From the NCBI GenBank assembly GCA_965228425.1, contig OZ245815.1, forward strand, positions 1,626,185 through 1,690,184: a stretch of 64,000 nt of DNA. The letters run 5' to 3'. Of the stretch, positions 1 to 9,293 are shown piece by piece. Position numbers and translations under genes: made by a program. How positions within the stretch are numbered: the first letter of the stretch is position 1; each line of letters starts with the position of its first letter. The notes under the pieces are model-generated. The model was given only the letters and a program-made list of their open reading frames with translations. It made no database searches and was not told the DNA's origin. The stretch is from Alphaproteobacteria bacterium. Its GTDB lineage: Bacteria; Pseudomonadota; Alphaproteobacteria; UBA8366.

Positions 1-39
1 GCGAGTAAAGGATCGCGCCTGTGCGATCCAGACAGTGAG

Positions 40-1686
40 CTAACCGCCGAACCCTGTCTGGTTTGGCAAGAAAGAAATCGGCGGTGTGCCTTGGCCGTTT
101 TCCTTTGAAGGCGCAATCTTTTCCGCATCGGCTTCGGTCGAATTGCTATCGATCGCTGGGTCGGTCGACGGCTGCCAAGCATACAGATGCTGTCGGCCGT
201 CATCGCGAAGCTGGACAATATGTAGATTGCGTTTCGCAACGCCATCCGAAAGGAAGCCGAATTGGCCATTGATGCCCTCGAAACCTTGCGCGCGGGTCAA
301 AAAGGTTTCGTCGAACGCAAGGAGTCCGGTTTCTTTCTTCTCCAACACCGCCAACGCCACGGCATCGTACGCCGATGCGACCAGCTGCTGCGGTTTGTAT
401 TCAAAGGAATTTTCCACGCGAGATTGGAACTCGCCCCAATTTTCGGACGCGGCTGTTACATAACGACTTCCAAACAGATCTTTCTTCGCCAGCAATTCAG
501 CCGAATCCCAGACGTCGGTTCCAACCATCCATACATCGGGTTGTGTCGCGTTGAAGTATTCGAACATCGGAGCAATTACGAGCAGAGGCTGTCCGCCTAT
601 CGGTAGGATGACGGCATCCAGATCGATGCTACCGAGGGTTTCGCGGAGCCGAAATTCGGTCAGGGCCTCGGTCATCGTATCCTGCGGCGATTTCTCGTCC
701 GAGGTGTTGCGCTCGTACAGGGCCAACAGTTCCGATAGGGCTGTGCTGTATTCGACTTCGCTGACCGACCATTTCCCTCCCGACTTCTCTTCCCCGACAA
801 CATAGGCGGCCTGCTGAATTCGAACTGCAGCCACGCGCTCCTCGAGCTGCGCCAGCGCCATTTCCATCGCCTCTTCTGGATCTTCATGGACGTCCCATGC
901 GGTCTCGAAAATTTCGGTAAAATCGTCCAGCGCTGCCGTTCGTTTTTTGTGTTGTGTGATTGCGCGGACGTGTTTTGAGATATCCGTATAAGATGCATTG
1001 GTCGGATACAGCCGGCTATCGACCAGTCGGATTTTTCCTACCTTGTCGGCCTGGACGAGGCGGTTCTGCAAGAGGCGTAGATAGCTTGTGTCCGGGCCGA
1101 GCAGAGCGATTCGCTGTTTTCCTGATTCCCGCAAATAGGTCGTCAATGCGTCGATTTGCGGTTCCGGCTGGTTGCCGATCAGATATACCGGGGAGCCCGC
1201 GACGGCACGGTTATTGGAGAGCGCGATAGCCCGAATATTGGCATCGCGCAAATAGGGCCGAACTGCAGTAACCGAATGCGAAAAGAGCGGTCCGATGACG
1301 ACGTCCGCGCCCTCCGAGATTACGTCCTGAACCGCGGCGGCGGCACCTTCCGGAGTACCTTCCGTATCGCGCGGCAACAATTCGATTGAATCATCGCCCT
1401 TGTCGAACATGGCGAGCAGCGAGGCGTCCATAAGTTGACGCCCAATATCGGCATAGGGGCCGCTCAACGGTAGGAGTAGGGCAATCTTGGCCGTGCCGAT
1501 TGTGGCGTTTGGGTTGTTATAATCGTCGATGACCTTCCCAACCATGGACTCCTGATTCGAAACAGGTTCCTGCGTCGTTGTCGCGAGGCAACCTGTCATC
1601 CCGATAAGAAGCGTGCATGCCGCAAGCGCTCGAAACTTGGTCGCAAAAGTCGAGGCCATCCGAAGTGGATTGTGTTCGTCAACCAT
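40..1686 (-). CDS. LpoA/LppC-like penicillin-binding-protein activator; periplasmic-binding-fold (type 1) lipoprotein
   Basis: 548-aa ORF. The N-terminus has a lipoprotein-like signal (LLIGMTGC). The motif IALLLPLSGPYADIGRQLMDASLLA is typical of the LppC/LpoA and Leu/Ile/Val-binding fold. It carries an acidic helical insertion in the middle and a low-complexity C-terminal tail. Alternative ATG at 1659. Confidence 0.55.
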   Translation of the reverse strand: MVDEHNPLRMASTFATKFRALAACTLLIGMTGCLATTTQEPVSNQESMVGKVIDDYNNPNATIGTAKIALLLPLSGPYADIGRQLMDASLLAMFDKGDDSIELLPRDTEGTPEGAAAAVQDVISEGADVVIGPLFSHSVTAVRPYLRDANIRAIALSNNRAVAGSPVYLIGNQPEPQIDALTTYLRESGKQRIALLGPDTSYLRLLQNRLVQADKVGKIRLVDSRLYPTNASYTDISKHVRAITQHKKRTAALDDFTEIFETAWDVHEDPEEAMEMALAQLEERVAAVRIQQAAYVVGEEKSGGKWSVSEVEYSTALSELLALYERNTSDEKSPQDTMTEALTEFRLRETLGSIDLDAVILPIGGQPLLVIAPMFEYFNATQPDVWMVGTDVWDSAELLAKKDLFGSRYVTAASENWGEFQSRVENSFEYKPQQLVASAYDAVALAVLEKKETGLLAFDETFLTRAQGFEGINGQFGFLSDGVAKRNLHIVQLRDDGRQHLYAWQPSTDPAIDSNSTEADAEKIAPSKENGQGTPPISFLPNQTGFGG

Positions 1687-2052
1687 GGGTGCCGATCCCT
1701 ACAGTCCCCTCATCACTTCATCGCGGCCGATACACGTCCTGCGGGCAGCGAGAAATTATGCCAAACCTATTGTGCATGGCCCTTTGCGGGCCCTTTTTGC
1801 ACTCGCTATTCGCGCGGCGACAGGACATTTTCGCGCGTTTAGCGTGAGCACAGACACCATATCAGTCCCATAAGGACAAGGTATCGTGCGGATAGCCAAT
1901 TTTGAGCTAATCCTTTTTGGGTAAAGCATACAGGCAAATATTGGAACCCGTCCAACGTTTGGATGCGTCGGTGGGGATGCAGCTTGCGGTCCGCATTGCA
2001 TGCCCGGTTCAGGACGGAGGGGATTTCGAATTGCTGGACGGCACATAGAAAG

Positions 2053-2078
2053 TGGCCCCGCCGGGCAGGGCGGGGCCA
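2053..2078. other. perfect 10-bp GC-rich hairpin (TGGCCCCGCC-GGGCAG-GGCGGGGCCA) in a gene-free spacer
   Basis: Read directly from the sequence. On the minus strand it is followed by CTTTCTAT, a weak U-tract. No gene ends nearby. Confidence 0.35.
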
Positions 2079-2377
2079 GTGTGTAGTAGGGGAGATTGAC
2101 CAAGCATGCGTTGACTCAGGTTGAATCACGTAAGCCCGTCAATGATCACACTAGTTTTCAAAGGTGGCGGGACTGTGACGAGAGCGGGGATTCCATGTGG
2201 TGATTCTGAGGTTTAGCTCGAATTCGAGCGGTGCCAATCTTCCAAAACATAAATGTTAACGGCTTTCCGACCTGTCTGCTGAATGCTCGCGCGTTGCTGA
2301 GATAGATATTCCCTGGCAATGTATCCTTCGGATTTCAGTGAAGATGCTCGGGTTGCGCGAACGGGGAGGTGGTTGCC

Positions 2378-3394
2378 GTGGATTATCGAAATTTAGGAAA
2401 CAGCGGCCTACGGGTGTCGTCGATTTGTCTCGGTGCGATGAATTTTGGCGACACTACGGACGAAAAGGCGGCGGCGAAAATCATCGATCACGCCCGGGGT
2501 GCCGGCGTTAATTTCATTGATGGAGCCGACGCCTATGCGGGAGGCCGATCCGAAACCATTCTCGGCAAGCTGCTCAAAAAAGATCGTGCAAATTGGGTTT
2601 TGGCGACAAAAGTCGGCCAGGCTGCCGGCGCCCCGGAGCGAAAGAAAGGGCTATCCCGGAAATGGATGATAGAGGCGATCGACCAGAGCCTTAAGCGCCT
2701 CCAGACTGACTATGTCGATATCTATTACATGCATCACGTGGATTGGGAGACGCCGCTTGAAGAGAGTATCGTTGCGATCCGCGATATCATCGGCAGCGGC
2801 AAGGCGCTGCACTGGGGTTTTTCGAACCATCGCGCGTGGCAGGTAGGGGAACTGGTTCGTCTGTGTGATGTCGTCGGCGCCCCGCGCCCGATAGTCTGTC
2901 AGCCGCACTACAATATGGTCATGCGGATGGCGGAAAATGATCTATTCCCTGCGTGTGATTATTTCGGTATCGGCGTTGCACCATTTTCGCCGTTAGCACG
3001 GGGTGTGCTGACCGGAAAATACGATCCCAAGAAAAAGCCGCCTCGCGACAGCAGGGCCGGCCGTGGGGACAACAGCATTCTCAATCGAGATTTCCGCAAG
3101 GAGACATTTTCGTTGGTGGAGAAGGTTCGGAAACATGCGGCCAAGCGCGGCATGTCCCCAACCGATTTTGCCATGAATTGGGTGTTGAATAACCGTCTCG
3201 TGACAAGTGTCATCGCCGGCCCCCGCACGCTGACGCAGTGGAAGGCTTACTTGAGTGCTGTGGAGCATGAGTTTACGGCGGCCGACGAGGCGTTGGTGGA
3301 TCGGCTGGTGTCACCGGGCCACCCCTCGACACCTGGATTCATTGATCCGCGGTATCCGCCCACCGGTCGTCAACCGCGAACGGATGCGGCTTAG
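2378..3394 (+). CDS. aldo/keto reductase (NAD(P)H-dependent oxidoreductase)
   Basis: AKR hallmarks are present: YRNLGNSGLRVSSICLGAMNFG, FIDGADAYAGGRSE, DIYYMHHVD and the C-terminal VIAGPRT. GTG 2378 sits 8 nt after GGGGAGG (2363-2369). The ORF-track start is GTG 2369. Confidence 0.85.
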   Translation: MDYRNLGNSGLRVSSICLGAMNFGDTTDEKAAAKIIDHARGAGVNFIDGADAYAGGRSETILGKLLKKDRANWVLATKVGQAAGAPERKKGLSRKWMIEAIDQSLKRLQTDYVDIYYMHHVDWETPLEESIVAIRDIIGSGKALHWGFSNHRAWQVGELVRLCDVVGAPRPIVCQPHYNMVMRMAENDLFPACDYFGIGVAPFSPLARGVLTGKYDPKKKPPRDSRAGRGDNSILNRDFRKETFSLVEKVRKHAAKRGMSPTDFAMNWVLNNRLVTSVIAGPRTLTQWKAYLSAVEHEFTAADEALVDRLVSPGHPSTPGFIDPRYPPTGRQPRTDAA

Positions 3395-3395
3395 C

Positions 3396-4730
3396 ATGGC
3401 AAGACCAAATAGCACCCGCCCATTGTCATCTGAAGTTCTATTCGAGCAGGCTCGTACATCTTTGGCCGGCGGCGTTTCGCATCAGGGACGATATGCGCCG
3501 CCTCATCCAAAATATGTAAGCCGAGCCCAGGGATCTCGAAAATGGGAAGTCGACGGCACGGAATACATCGATTACGCGATGGGTAGTGCGTCGCTGCTAC
3601 TGGGTCATGCCCATCCCGGCATTGTCGACGCAATCACTCGACAGGCCGGCGCGGGAACTTTCTTTGCCGATTGCCATCCGTTGGAAGTGGAATGGGCATC
3701 TTTGATTAAAGAGTTGGTTCCATCCGCGGAGCGCGTACGGTTCGTTGGATCGGGGACCGAAGCGACGTTGTTGGCTATCCGGATCGGGCGTGCCAACTCC
3801 GGACGTCCCAAGGTGCTCCGGTTCGAGGGTCATTATCACGGCTGGCATGACTATGCTGCGCTCGGCATGAACGCACCGTATGACACGATGCCGACGCTTG
3901 GGATGTTGCCGGCAGCGGCGGAAGCGACCGTCGTCGTGCCGCCGGATGCAGAGCGGGTTGAAAATGCGCTTGCGAGTGATCGAGATATCGGCACGATCAT
4001 TTGCGAGGTATCGGGCGCGAATTACGGATGCGTTCCACTGCCGTCGGGTTTCCTGGCGGCCTTGCGGACCTTGGCCGATCAATATGATGCAACCTTGATA
4101 TTCGATGAGGTGATTACCGGATTTCGGTGGAGCCCGGGCGGGTTACAGGCGCGAGATGGTATCTTTCCGGACCTCACGACCATGGCGAAAATCGTAACCG
4201 GCGGAATGCCCGGTGGTGCGGTTGCCGGTCGTGAGTCGATCATGCGTTTGCTGGACCCGGCGGTCGAAACTGACGGGTTCAAGCCTGGCGTCGTTCACAA
4301 GGGGACATTCAACGGAAATCCTTTGGTGGCGGCGGCGGGTGTTGCCGCGCTCCGCGAGGTCAAGACCGGCAAACCGAATGCGGCGGCGGATAAGGCCGCC
4401 CGGCGCCTGCGCGATGGCATGGGTAAGATCATGCAAGAGCATCAAGTGGATGGCGCGGTATACGGAGAGTCGTCCACATTCCATCTTTATTTCGGCGAAG
4501 GCGCTCATGGATCGGTGGAAGGCCTGTCGGCTGCCGAAATTCGAGGGGTGCCCTCCGAGATCGTCGATGCGATGCGCGGCGGACTGCGTCAACGTGGTGT
4601 TGATCTCATGTCGCATATGAGCGGCGTTACCTCTGCTGCCCATACGGATGAAGATATCGATCAAACGCTTGGAGCGTTCGAAGAGACGTTACGCGGCATG
4701 CTGGAAGCCGGTGTGGTCGGCCGCGCCTGA
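3396..4730 (+). CDS. class III (GSA-aminomutase-like) PLP-dependent aminotransferase
   Basis: Motifs GSGTEATLLAIRIGR, LIFDEVITGFRW and TTMAKIVTGGMPGGAV (PLP lysine). ATG 3396 lies 1 nt after the AKR stop. The 47 upstream codons of the track ORF (3255) overlap the AKR gene and were rejected. Confidence 0.8.
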   Translation: MARPNSTRPLSSEVLFEQARTSLAGGVSHQGRYAPPHPKYVSRAQGSRKWEVDGTEYIDYAMGSASLLLGHAHPGIVDAITRQAGAGTFFADCHPLEVEWASLIKELVPSAERVRFVGSGTEATLLAIRIGRANSGRPKVLRFEGHYHGWHDYAALGMNAPYDTMPTLGMLPAAAEATVVVPPDAERVENALASDRDIGTIICEVSGANYGCVPLPSGFLAALRTLADQYDATLIFDEVITGFRWSPGGLQARDGIFPDLTTMAKIVTGGMPGGAVAGRESIMRLLDPAVETDGFKPGVVHKGTFNGNPLVAAAGVAALREVKTGKPNAAADKAARRLRDGMGKIMQEHQVDGAVYGESSTFHLYFGEGAHGSVEGLSAAEIRGVPSEIVDAMRGGLRQRGVDLMSHMSGVTSAAHTDEDIDQTLGAFEETLRGMLEAGVVGRA

Positions 4731-4791
4731 CTGCGGGGTGTTAGCCCGGCCCATTGCCAGTATTGCAGAGATATTCTAAGTACCGGTAATC

Positions 4792-4810
4792 GCGTGCGTT
4801 TAACGCATGC
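4792..4810. promoter_or_regulatory. 19-bp imperfect palindrome GCGTGCGTT-T-AACGCATGC upstream of the TPR/carbamoyltransferase genes
   Basis: 8 of 9 arm positions are complementary. It ends 13 nt before ATG 4824. Confidence 0.25.
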
Positions 4811-4823
4811 TGACTAGCCGTGG

Positions 4824-6017
4824 ATGGGATTGGCCTTGAGCGACCGGGAGCTCAGCATCGAAGACGCCGTTGATCTGGCCATCCAGTATCATCAGGCAGG
4901 TCAACTGGCCGAAGCCGAATCCATCTATCGGCATGTGCTCCAGGTCCAGCCTCGACATGCGGATGCGTTGCACTATTTGGGCGTGATTTCACATCAGCAG
5001 GAAGATCCGGAAACCGCGGTGGATCTGATCTCCAAGGCGATTGAATCAGCTCCAGATAACGCGTCCTACCACAGCAATCTCGGCGAAGCTTTTCGAGCGC
5101 TCGGACAGTTCGACGAGGCGACGGCGGCTTACGAGAAGGCGCTGGCAATAGACCCCGGCTTTGCCATGGCGCATAACAACCTAGCGAATGTTCTGGCGGA
5201 CTCCGGCCGCAAGGAAGATGCGCTTGCACGGTATAACAAGGCTGCGGCCTTGCTGCCGGACGATCCTGAAATTCAGTTAAATCGCGCAAACCTTTTGATG
5301 GAACTCGCGCGGTCGCGTGAGGCGGTGGAGGCCTATCGCAATCTCATAGAACAATTTCCGCAGTTCCCTGTGGTCTGGAACGGCCTCGGGCTGGCGTTGG
5401 AAGCGCTGGGAAACTTGGAAGATGCCCGGCAGTCGTATGAAAAGGCGCGGGAACTCGCGCCGGACTACGACGAGGCGCAGACCAATCTGATACGGGTGCA
5501 ATGGAACATCCTACAGGCCGACTTGTCTGCGGCCGATCAGAGTAGGGCCAGCGGCGATTGGGGTGCTGCTGCGCCGATCTATCAAAAGATAGTCGATAGG
5601 CAACCGGATCATGCCGCGGCGAGCTTCGGTCTTGCGGTCTGCCAACTCGAACAGGGTGATGACACAACCGCTATTGAATTGCTTGAACGGGCAGTGCGTA
5701 TTCAACCGTACTTCGAAGATGCGCACGCGGCGTTGGGTGCCGCTTTATTAAAGGTTCAAGATGCCGGAACTGGCCTTGTCGAGGGTCAGTCGGCCGCTGC
5801 ACAGACCGCGATTGCGATTGCGCATTTTCGTGGCGAGCGGTTTGCGCAAGCAGAGCATGCGGCGGAACAGGCGGTAGACGGCCTCTTTGGTGCCTTGTCG
5901 GAAGATGCGGATAACAACGAGGCTTGGACACTTTTGGGCTTGGCGTTGCGTTCAATTCTTGATGTCGATCGAGCAGAAACACTGTTGCGCACACGACTGA
6001 CGGAGTTGGGGCTATGA
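4824..6017 (+). CDS. tetratricopeptide-repeat (TPR) protein
   Basis: The N-terminal two thirds hold repeated 34-aa TPR units (AEAESIYRHVLQVQPRHADALHYLGVI, NLGEAFRALGQFDEATAAYEKALAIDP and others), resembling the TPR arms of OGT/SPINDLY-like proteins. No catalytic domain is recognisable. The stop overlaps the next start (ATGA at 6014-6017). Confidence 0.8.
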   Translation: MGLALSDRELSIEDAVDLAIQYHQAGQLAEAESIYRHVLQVQPRHADALHYLGVISHQQEDPETAVDLISKAIESAPDNASYHSNLGEAFRALGQFDEATAAYEKALAIDPGFAMAHNNLANVLADSGRKEDALARYNKAAALLPDDPEIQLNRANLLMELARSREAVEAYRNLIEQFPQFPVVWNGLGLALEALGNLEDARQSYEKARELAPDYDEAQTNLIRVQWNILQADLSAADQSRASGDWGAAAPIYQKIVDRQPDHAAASFGLAVCQLEQGDDTTAIELLERAVRIQPYFEDAHAALGAALLKVQDAGTGLVEGQSAAAQTAIAIAHFRGERFAQAEHAAEQAVDGLFGALSEDADNNEAWTLLGLALRSILDVDRAETLLRTRLTELGL

Positions 6018-7753
6018 TCCGAGCCGCCGGAAGCGCACCTGAATGGATACTTGGTATCTCCCGCAGCCATAACGGCGCCGTGGCGCTGCTTCGCGACGGG
6101 GTCGTCGTTCGCGCTGTCCAAGCCGAACGGCTTACGCGCGTCAAACGGCAAGGGCTATACCTTGATGGTGACAGCGACGTTCTTTCACGCTGCGTCGAAT
6201 ATTGCCTCGACGACGCGGGGATTGGGTATAGCGGCATTGGTGCGATCGCGACCTGCACGCCGTGGGAGGAAGCGCAGCAATCGCATGAGAAACTCTGTGC
6301 TCTGATTGGCGGCAACCTTCCCAAGGATGCGTCGTTGATTACCGTTCCTCATCATTACGCTCACGCGGAATATGCCGTGCATTATGGCTCTGGCGCGCCG
6401 GGTTTGGTCTTGGTCGTTGACGGCAGCGGGTCATATGAAAGTGACCGGGGCGGTCTGACGGTCCAGGAAGAAGTCCATCCAAAGGCGCGTTTGTTTGTTG
6501 GATCGGCCGGTAAGGAAACCATCTCGGCCTATGTCTTTGATGGCCGTTCGCTGCGGTTGGTGTATCGCTTCGCGCATCCGTCCGGATCGGTCTCGGCGCC
6601 GACGGTTGGGATATTGAATATCCGGCTGCTACAAAGCATCGGGCATCTTTGGCGCTGGGCGTCATGGTACTGCTGTGGCGGTGGGAATGACGCGGGCAAA
6701 GTAATGGGGCTCGCGGCGCACGGCGATGTGGCGGTGCATTCAGGCCTGGACTTTGCGCGGATTGAACCGGACGGTTTGTTGTCCATCGATTTCGATCTCT
6801 TGAGCCGAGAGTTCCAACAACCGAATCTGGTGGGCGTGGAGATTTCCGGTAATCGTCACTATGCCGATCTGGCCGCGGCGGTTCAGGACCGGACCAACCG
6901 ACTCTTGATTGCGTTGCTGTCGCAGCTTAAGGACCAATTTCCGGCTCAGTCCCTTTATTACTCGGGTGGCGTGGCGCTCAACGTTGTGGCCAATGAAGTG
7001 ATCACACGAAGCGGGCTGTTCGAAACGGTCCATATGAATGGATCGTGCGAGGACAATGGAACCGCCGCCGGGGCAGCGATGGCCGCATATTTGCAACTTG
7101 GCGGTGATCGCCAATACGAAGCGGTCACAGATTATTACGGGCGCAGTTATCCGGAATCCGATATTGAAAGTGCATTGACCGCCCACCGATGCTCCTATCG
7201 CCGCGTTACCGATGATGAAGTTGCGGCAGAAGCGGCCCAATTGTTGGCGGACGGCGCCGTGATCGGCTGGTTCCAGGGCGGCAGTGAATTCGGACCGAGA
7301 GCACTAGGAAATCGTAGTATTCTGGCGAACCCGACGGACCCTCATATGAAATATGTGCTCGATCTGATCGTCAAACGGCGCGAGCGATATAGACCTTACG
7401 CGCCGGCGGTCTTGGCCGAGCGATGCCATGAGTTTTTCGATATCGATGGTCCGTCGCCGGTCATGTTGCGTGAAGGACGGGTGTTCAACCCAGCGAAGTT
7501 GCCTGCGATCACCCATGTCGACAATAGCGCGCGGGTGCAGACGGTTCGGCGTGAGGAGAATCCGCGCTACTACGATTTGATCAAAAGCTTTGGAGAGAAG
7601 ACGGGCGTGCCGGTAATCCTCAACACTTCATACAATCTGGCCGGCGACCCGATTGTTGAGACGCCGGAGGATGCGGTTCGCTCCTTTGCCAAGAGCGGGC
7701 TCCGAAACTTGGTTATCGGAAACTACATTGCGGAACGTCCGACGACGGCATGA
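6014..7753 (+). CDS. NodU/CmcH-family carbamoyltransferase
   Basis: Family motifs are present: SRSHNGAVALLRDG, AERLTRVKR, VPHHYAHAEYA, GPRALGNRSILANP, RERYRPYAPAVL, HVDNSARVQTV and LNTSYNLAGDPIVETPEDA. Confidence 0.9.
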   Translation: MIRAAGSAPEWILGISRSHNGAVALLRDGVVVRAVQAERLTRVKRQGLYLDGDSDVLSRCVEYCLDDAGIGYSGIGAIATCTPWEEAQQSHEKLCALIGGNLPKDASLITVPHHYAHAEYAVHYGSGAPGLVLVVDGSGSYESDRGGLTVQEEVHPKARLFVGSAGKETISAYVFDGRSLRLVYRFAHPSGSVSAPTVGILNIRLLQSIGHLWRWASWYCCGGGNDAGKVMGLAAHGDVAVHSGLDFARIEPDGLLSIDFDLLSREFQQPNLVGVEISGNRHYADLAAAVQDRTNRLLIALLSQLKDQFPAQSLYYSGGVALNVVANEVITRSGLFETVHMNGSCEDNGTAAGAAMAAYLQLGGDRQYEAVTDYYGRSYPESDIESALTAHRCSYRRVTDDEVAAEAAQLLADGAVIGWFQGGSEFGPRALGNRSILANPTDPHMKYVLDLIVKRRERYRPYAPAVLAERCHEFFDIDGPSPVMLREGRVFNPAKLPAITHVDNSARVQTVRREENPRYYDLIKSFGEKTGVPVILNTSYNLAGDPIVETPEDAVRSFAKSGLRNLVIGNYIAERPTTA

Positions 7754-7771
7754 CGATAGGGACTCTGGTCA

Positions 7772-9271
7772 GTGACGCGGAAACCGAATGACCCTTTGGC
7801 CTGGAACGGCAACGCGCCGGGTGACGTTTCGTCTCACAAGGCAACATTGCCCATCGCCGAACCGGTTGATCCGATCAAGCAGGTGGAACTCGGCAACATG
7901 TATCTCCAATTGGGGAGCTTCGCCGATTCCGCGGCGGCATACCGCAAGGCAATCGAATTGGACCCGACCATTGCCGAAGCGCATTTCAACCTCGGCAATG
8001 TCCTGTGTGAGTTGAATCGGTCGACGGAAGCGCTGGACGCATACCGACAGGCAATCGCGGTGCGGCCCGATTTCTTCGAGGCCTATTTCAATCTCGCCGA
8101 CACTTTGGGGGAAAGTGGTCGTTTGGATGAGGCTGCGTCGATGTATCGGAAAGCCGCGGAAATCCGGCCTCACCTTGGCGATGCGCACAACAATCTTGGT
8201 ACCGTTTTAATCGAGCTCGGAGATTTCGATGGAGCGATCGCGTCTCTGCAGACGGCGGTTGGCGCCGAACCGCAGAGTGGCGAGGCTTATGCGAATCTGG
8301 GAACCGCCTTGAAACATGCAGGCCGGATGGAAGAGGCTGTCGTTGCACTTCAGCATGCTGTCGATTTGTTGCCGGGCACCGCGGACGCGCCTTTCAATCT
8401 CGGCATTGCTTTGATGCAATCGGGTCGTCATGACGAAGCGGAAATCGCGTACCGGCAGGCGATGACTCTTGCGCCGGATTTGCCGCGTCTCTATCCGTCG
8501 ATTGGATCGACATTGATGGCATTGGGGCGGCACGAAGAAGCCTTGGCCCTAAGTGACGCGTTCCTCGACCGAGTTCCGGCGGAGCGGTCGGTTCTCGCGT
8601 TCAAGGCCGTTCTGCTGGAGGAGATGGGGCGGGACGAGGAAGCTGTTTTTCTCGCCGACTACGATCGCTTGATCCATGCCGTCGATATCGACGTGCCCGA
8701 TGGGTACGAATCGCTCGAAGCATTTAATGCCGCCCTGCTAGATCACGTCTTGGGCCATCCGTCGCTTGTTGTCGCCCCGACAAGCCACGCGACGGTCAAT
8801 GGGCGGCACACGGGCAATTTGCTTGTAGATCCGAAGGGACCATTTGCTGACTTCGAAACCATTTTGTGGCGCGCGGCGCAAGAGTATCAGGACAAAAACC
8901 CGGTTGATGCCACGCATCCTTACTTGGCGGAACCGCCGGAATTGGGTGGCCTTGTTGTCTGGTCCGTCGTGATGGAGACACGGGGTCATCAGGTGCCGCA
9001 TATTCACCCGAGCGGTTGGCTCAGTGGCGTATACTACGCCGACCTTCCCGACATCGTCGACCAAGAGACGGCGGATCGCGAGGGTTGGATCGAGTTCGGC
9101 GAGCCGCCGCCCGACTTCCCGGTGACCAAGACCCTTCATACCAAACTATTCAAACCCAAGCCTGGGCGGCTCTTCTTGTTTCCTTCCTATTGCTATCACC
9201 GAACTATTCCCTATTCGTCCGACGAGCGCCGGGTCAGTATCGCCTTCGACTTCCTGCCCGCGACGCAATAA
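7772..9271 (+). CDS. TPR repeats fused to a putative 2OG-Fe(II) oxygenase domain (PF13759/TIGR02466-like)
   Basis: About 250 N-terminal aa are TPR (YRKAIELDPTIAEAHFNLGNV and others). The C-terminus carries PHIHPSGWLSGVYY ... GRLFLFPSYCYHRT ... RVSIAFDF, the H-x-H...H/beta-roll pattern I associate with the uncharacterised 2OG-FeII_Oxy_5 group. GTG start 18 nt after the carbamoyltransferase stop. Confidence 0.7.
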   Translation: MTRKPNDPLAWNGNAPGDVSSHKATLPIAEPVDPIKQVELGNMYLQLGSFADSAAAYRKAIELDPTIAEAHFNLGNVLCELNRSTEALDAYRQAIAVRPDFFEAYFNLADTLGESGRLDEAASMYRKAAEIRPHLGDAHNNLGTVLIELGDFDGAIASLQTAVGAEPQSGEAYANLGTALKHAGRMEEAVVALQHAVDLLPGTADAPFNLGIALMQSGRHDEAEIAYRQAMTLAPDLPRLYPSIGSTLMALGRHEEALALSDAFLDRVPAERSVLAFKAVLLEEMGRDEEAVFLADYDRLIHAVDIDVPDGYESLEAFNAALLDHVLGHPSLVVAPTSHATVNGRHTGNLLVDPKGPFADFETILWRAAQEYQDKNPVDATHPYLAEPPELGGLVVWSVVMETRGHQVPHIHPSGWLSGVYYADLPDIVDQETADREGWIEFGEPPPDFPVTKTLHTKLFKPKPGRLFLFPSYCYHRTIPYSSDERRVSIAFDFLPATQ

Positions 9272-9293
9272 GAAAAAACCAAGGAATGATGTG

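Noticed and set aside
2017-2033. GGAGGGGATTTCGAATTGC, superficially like a tRNA T-arm (GTTCGAAT)
   Set aside because: The flanking sequence cannot be folded into acceptor, D or anticodon arms, and the T-stem complement is missing. Not a tRNA.
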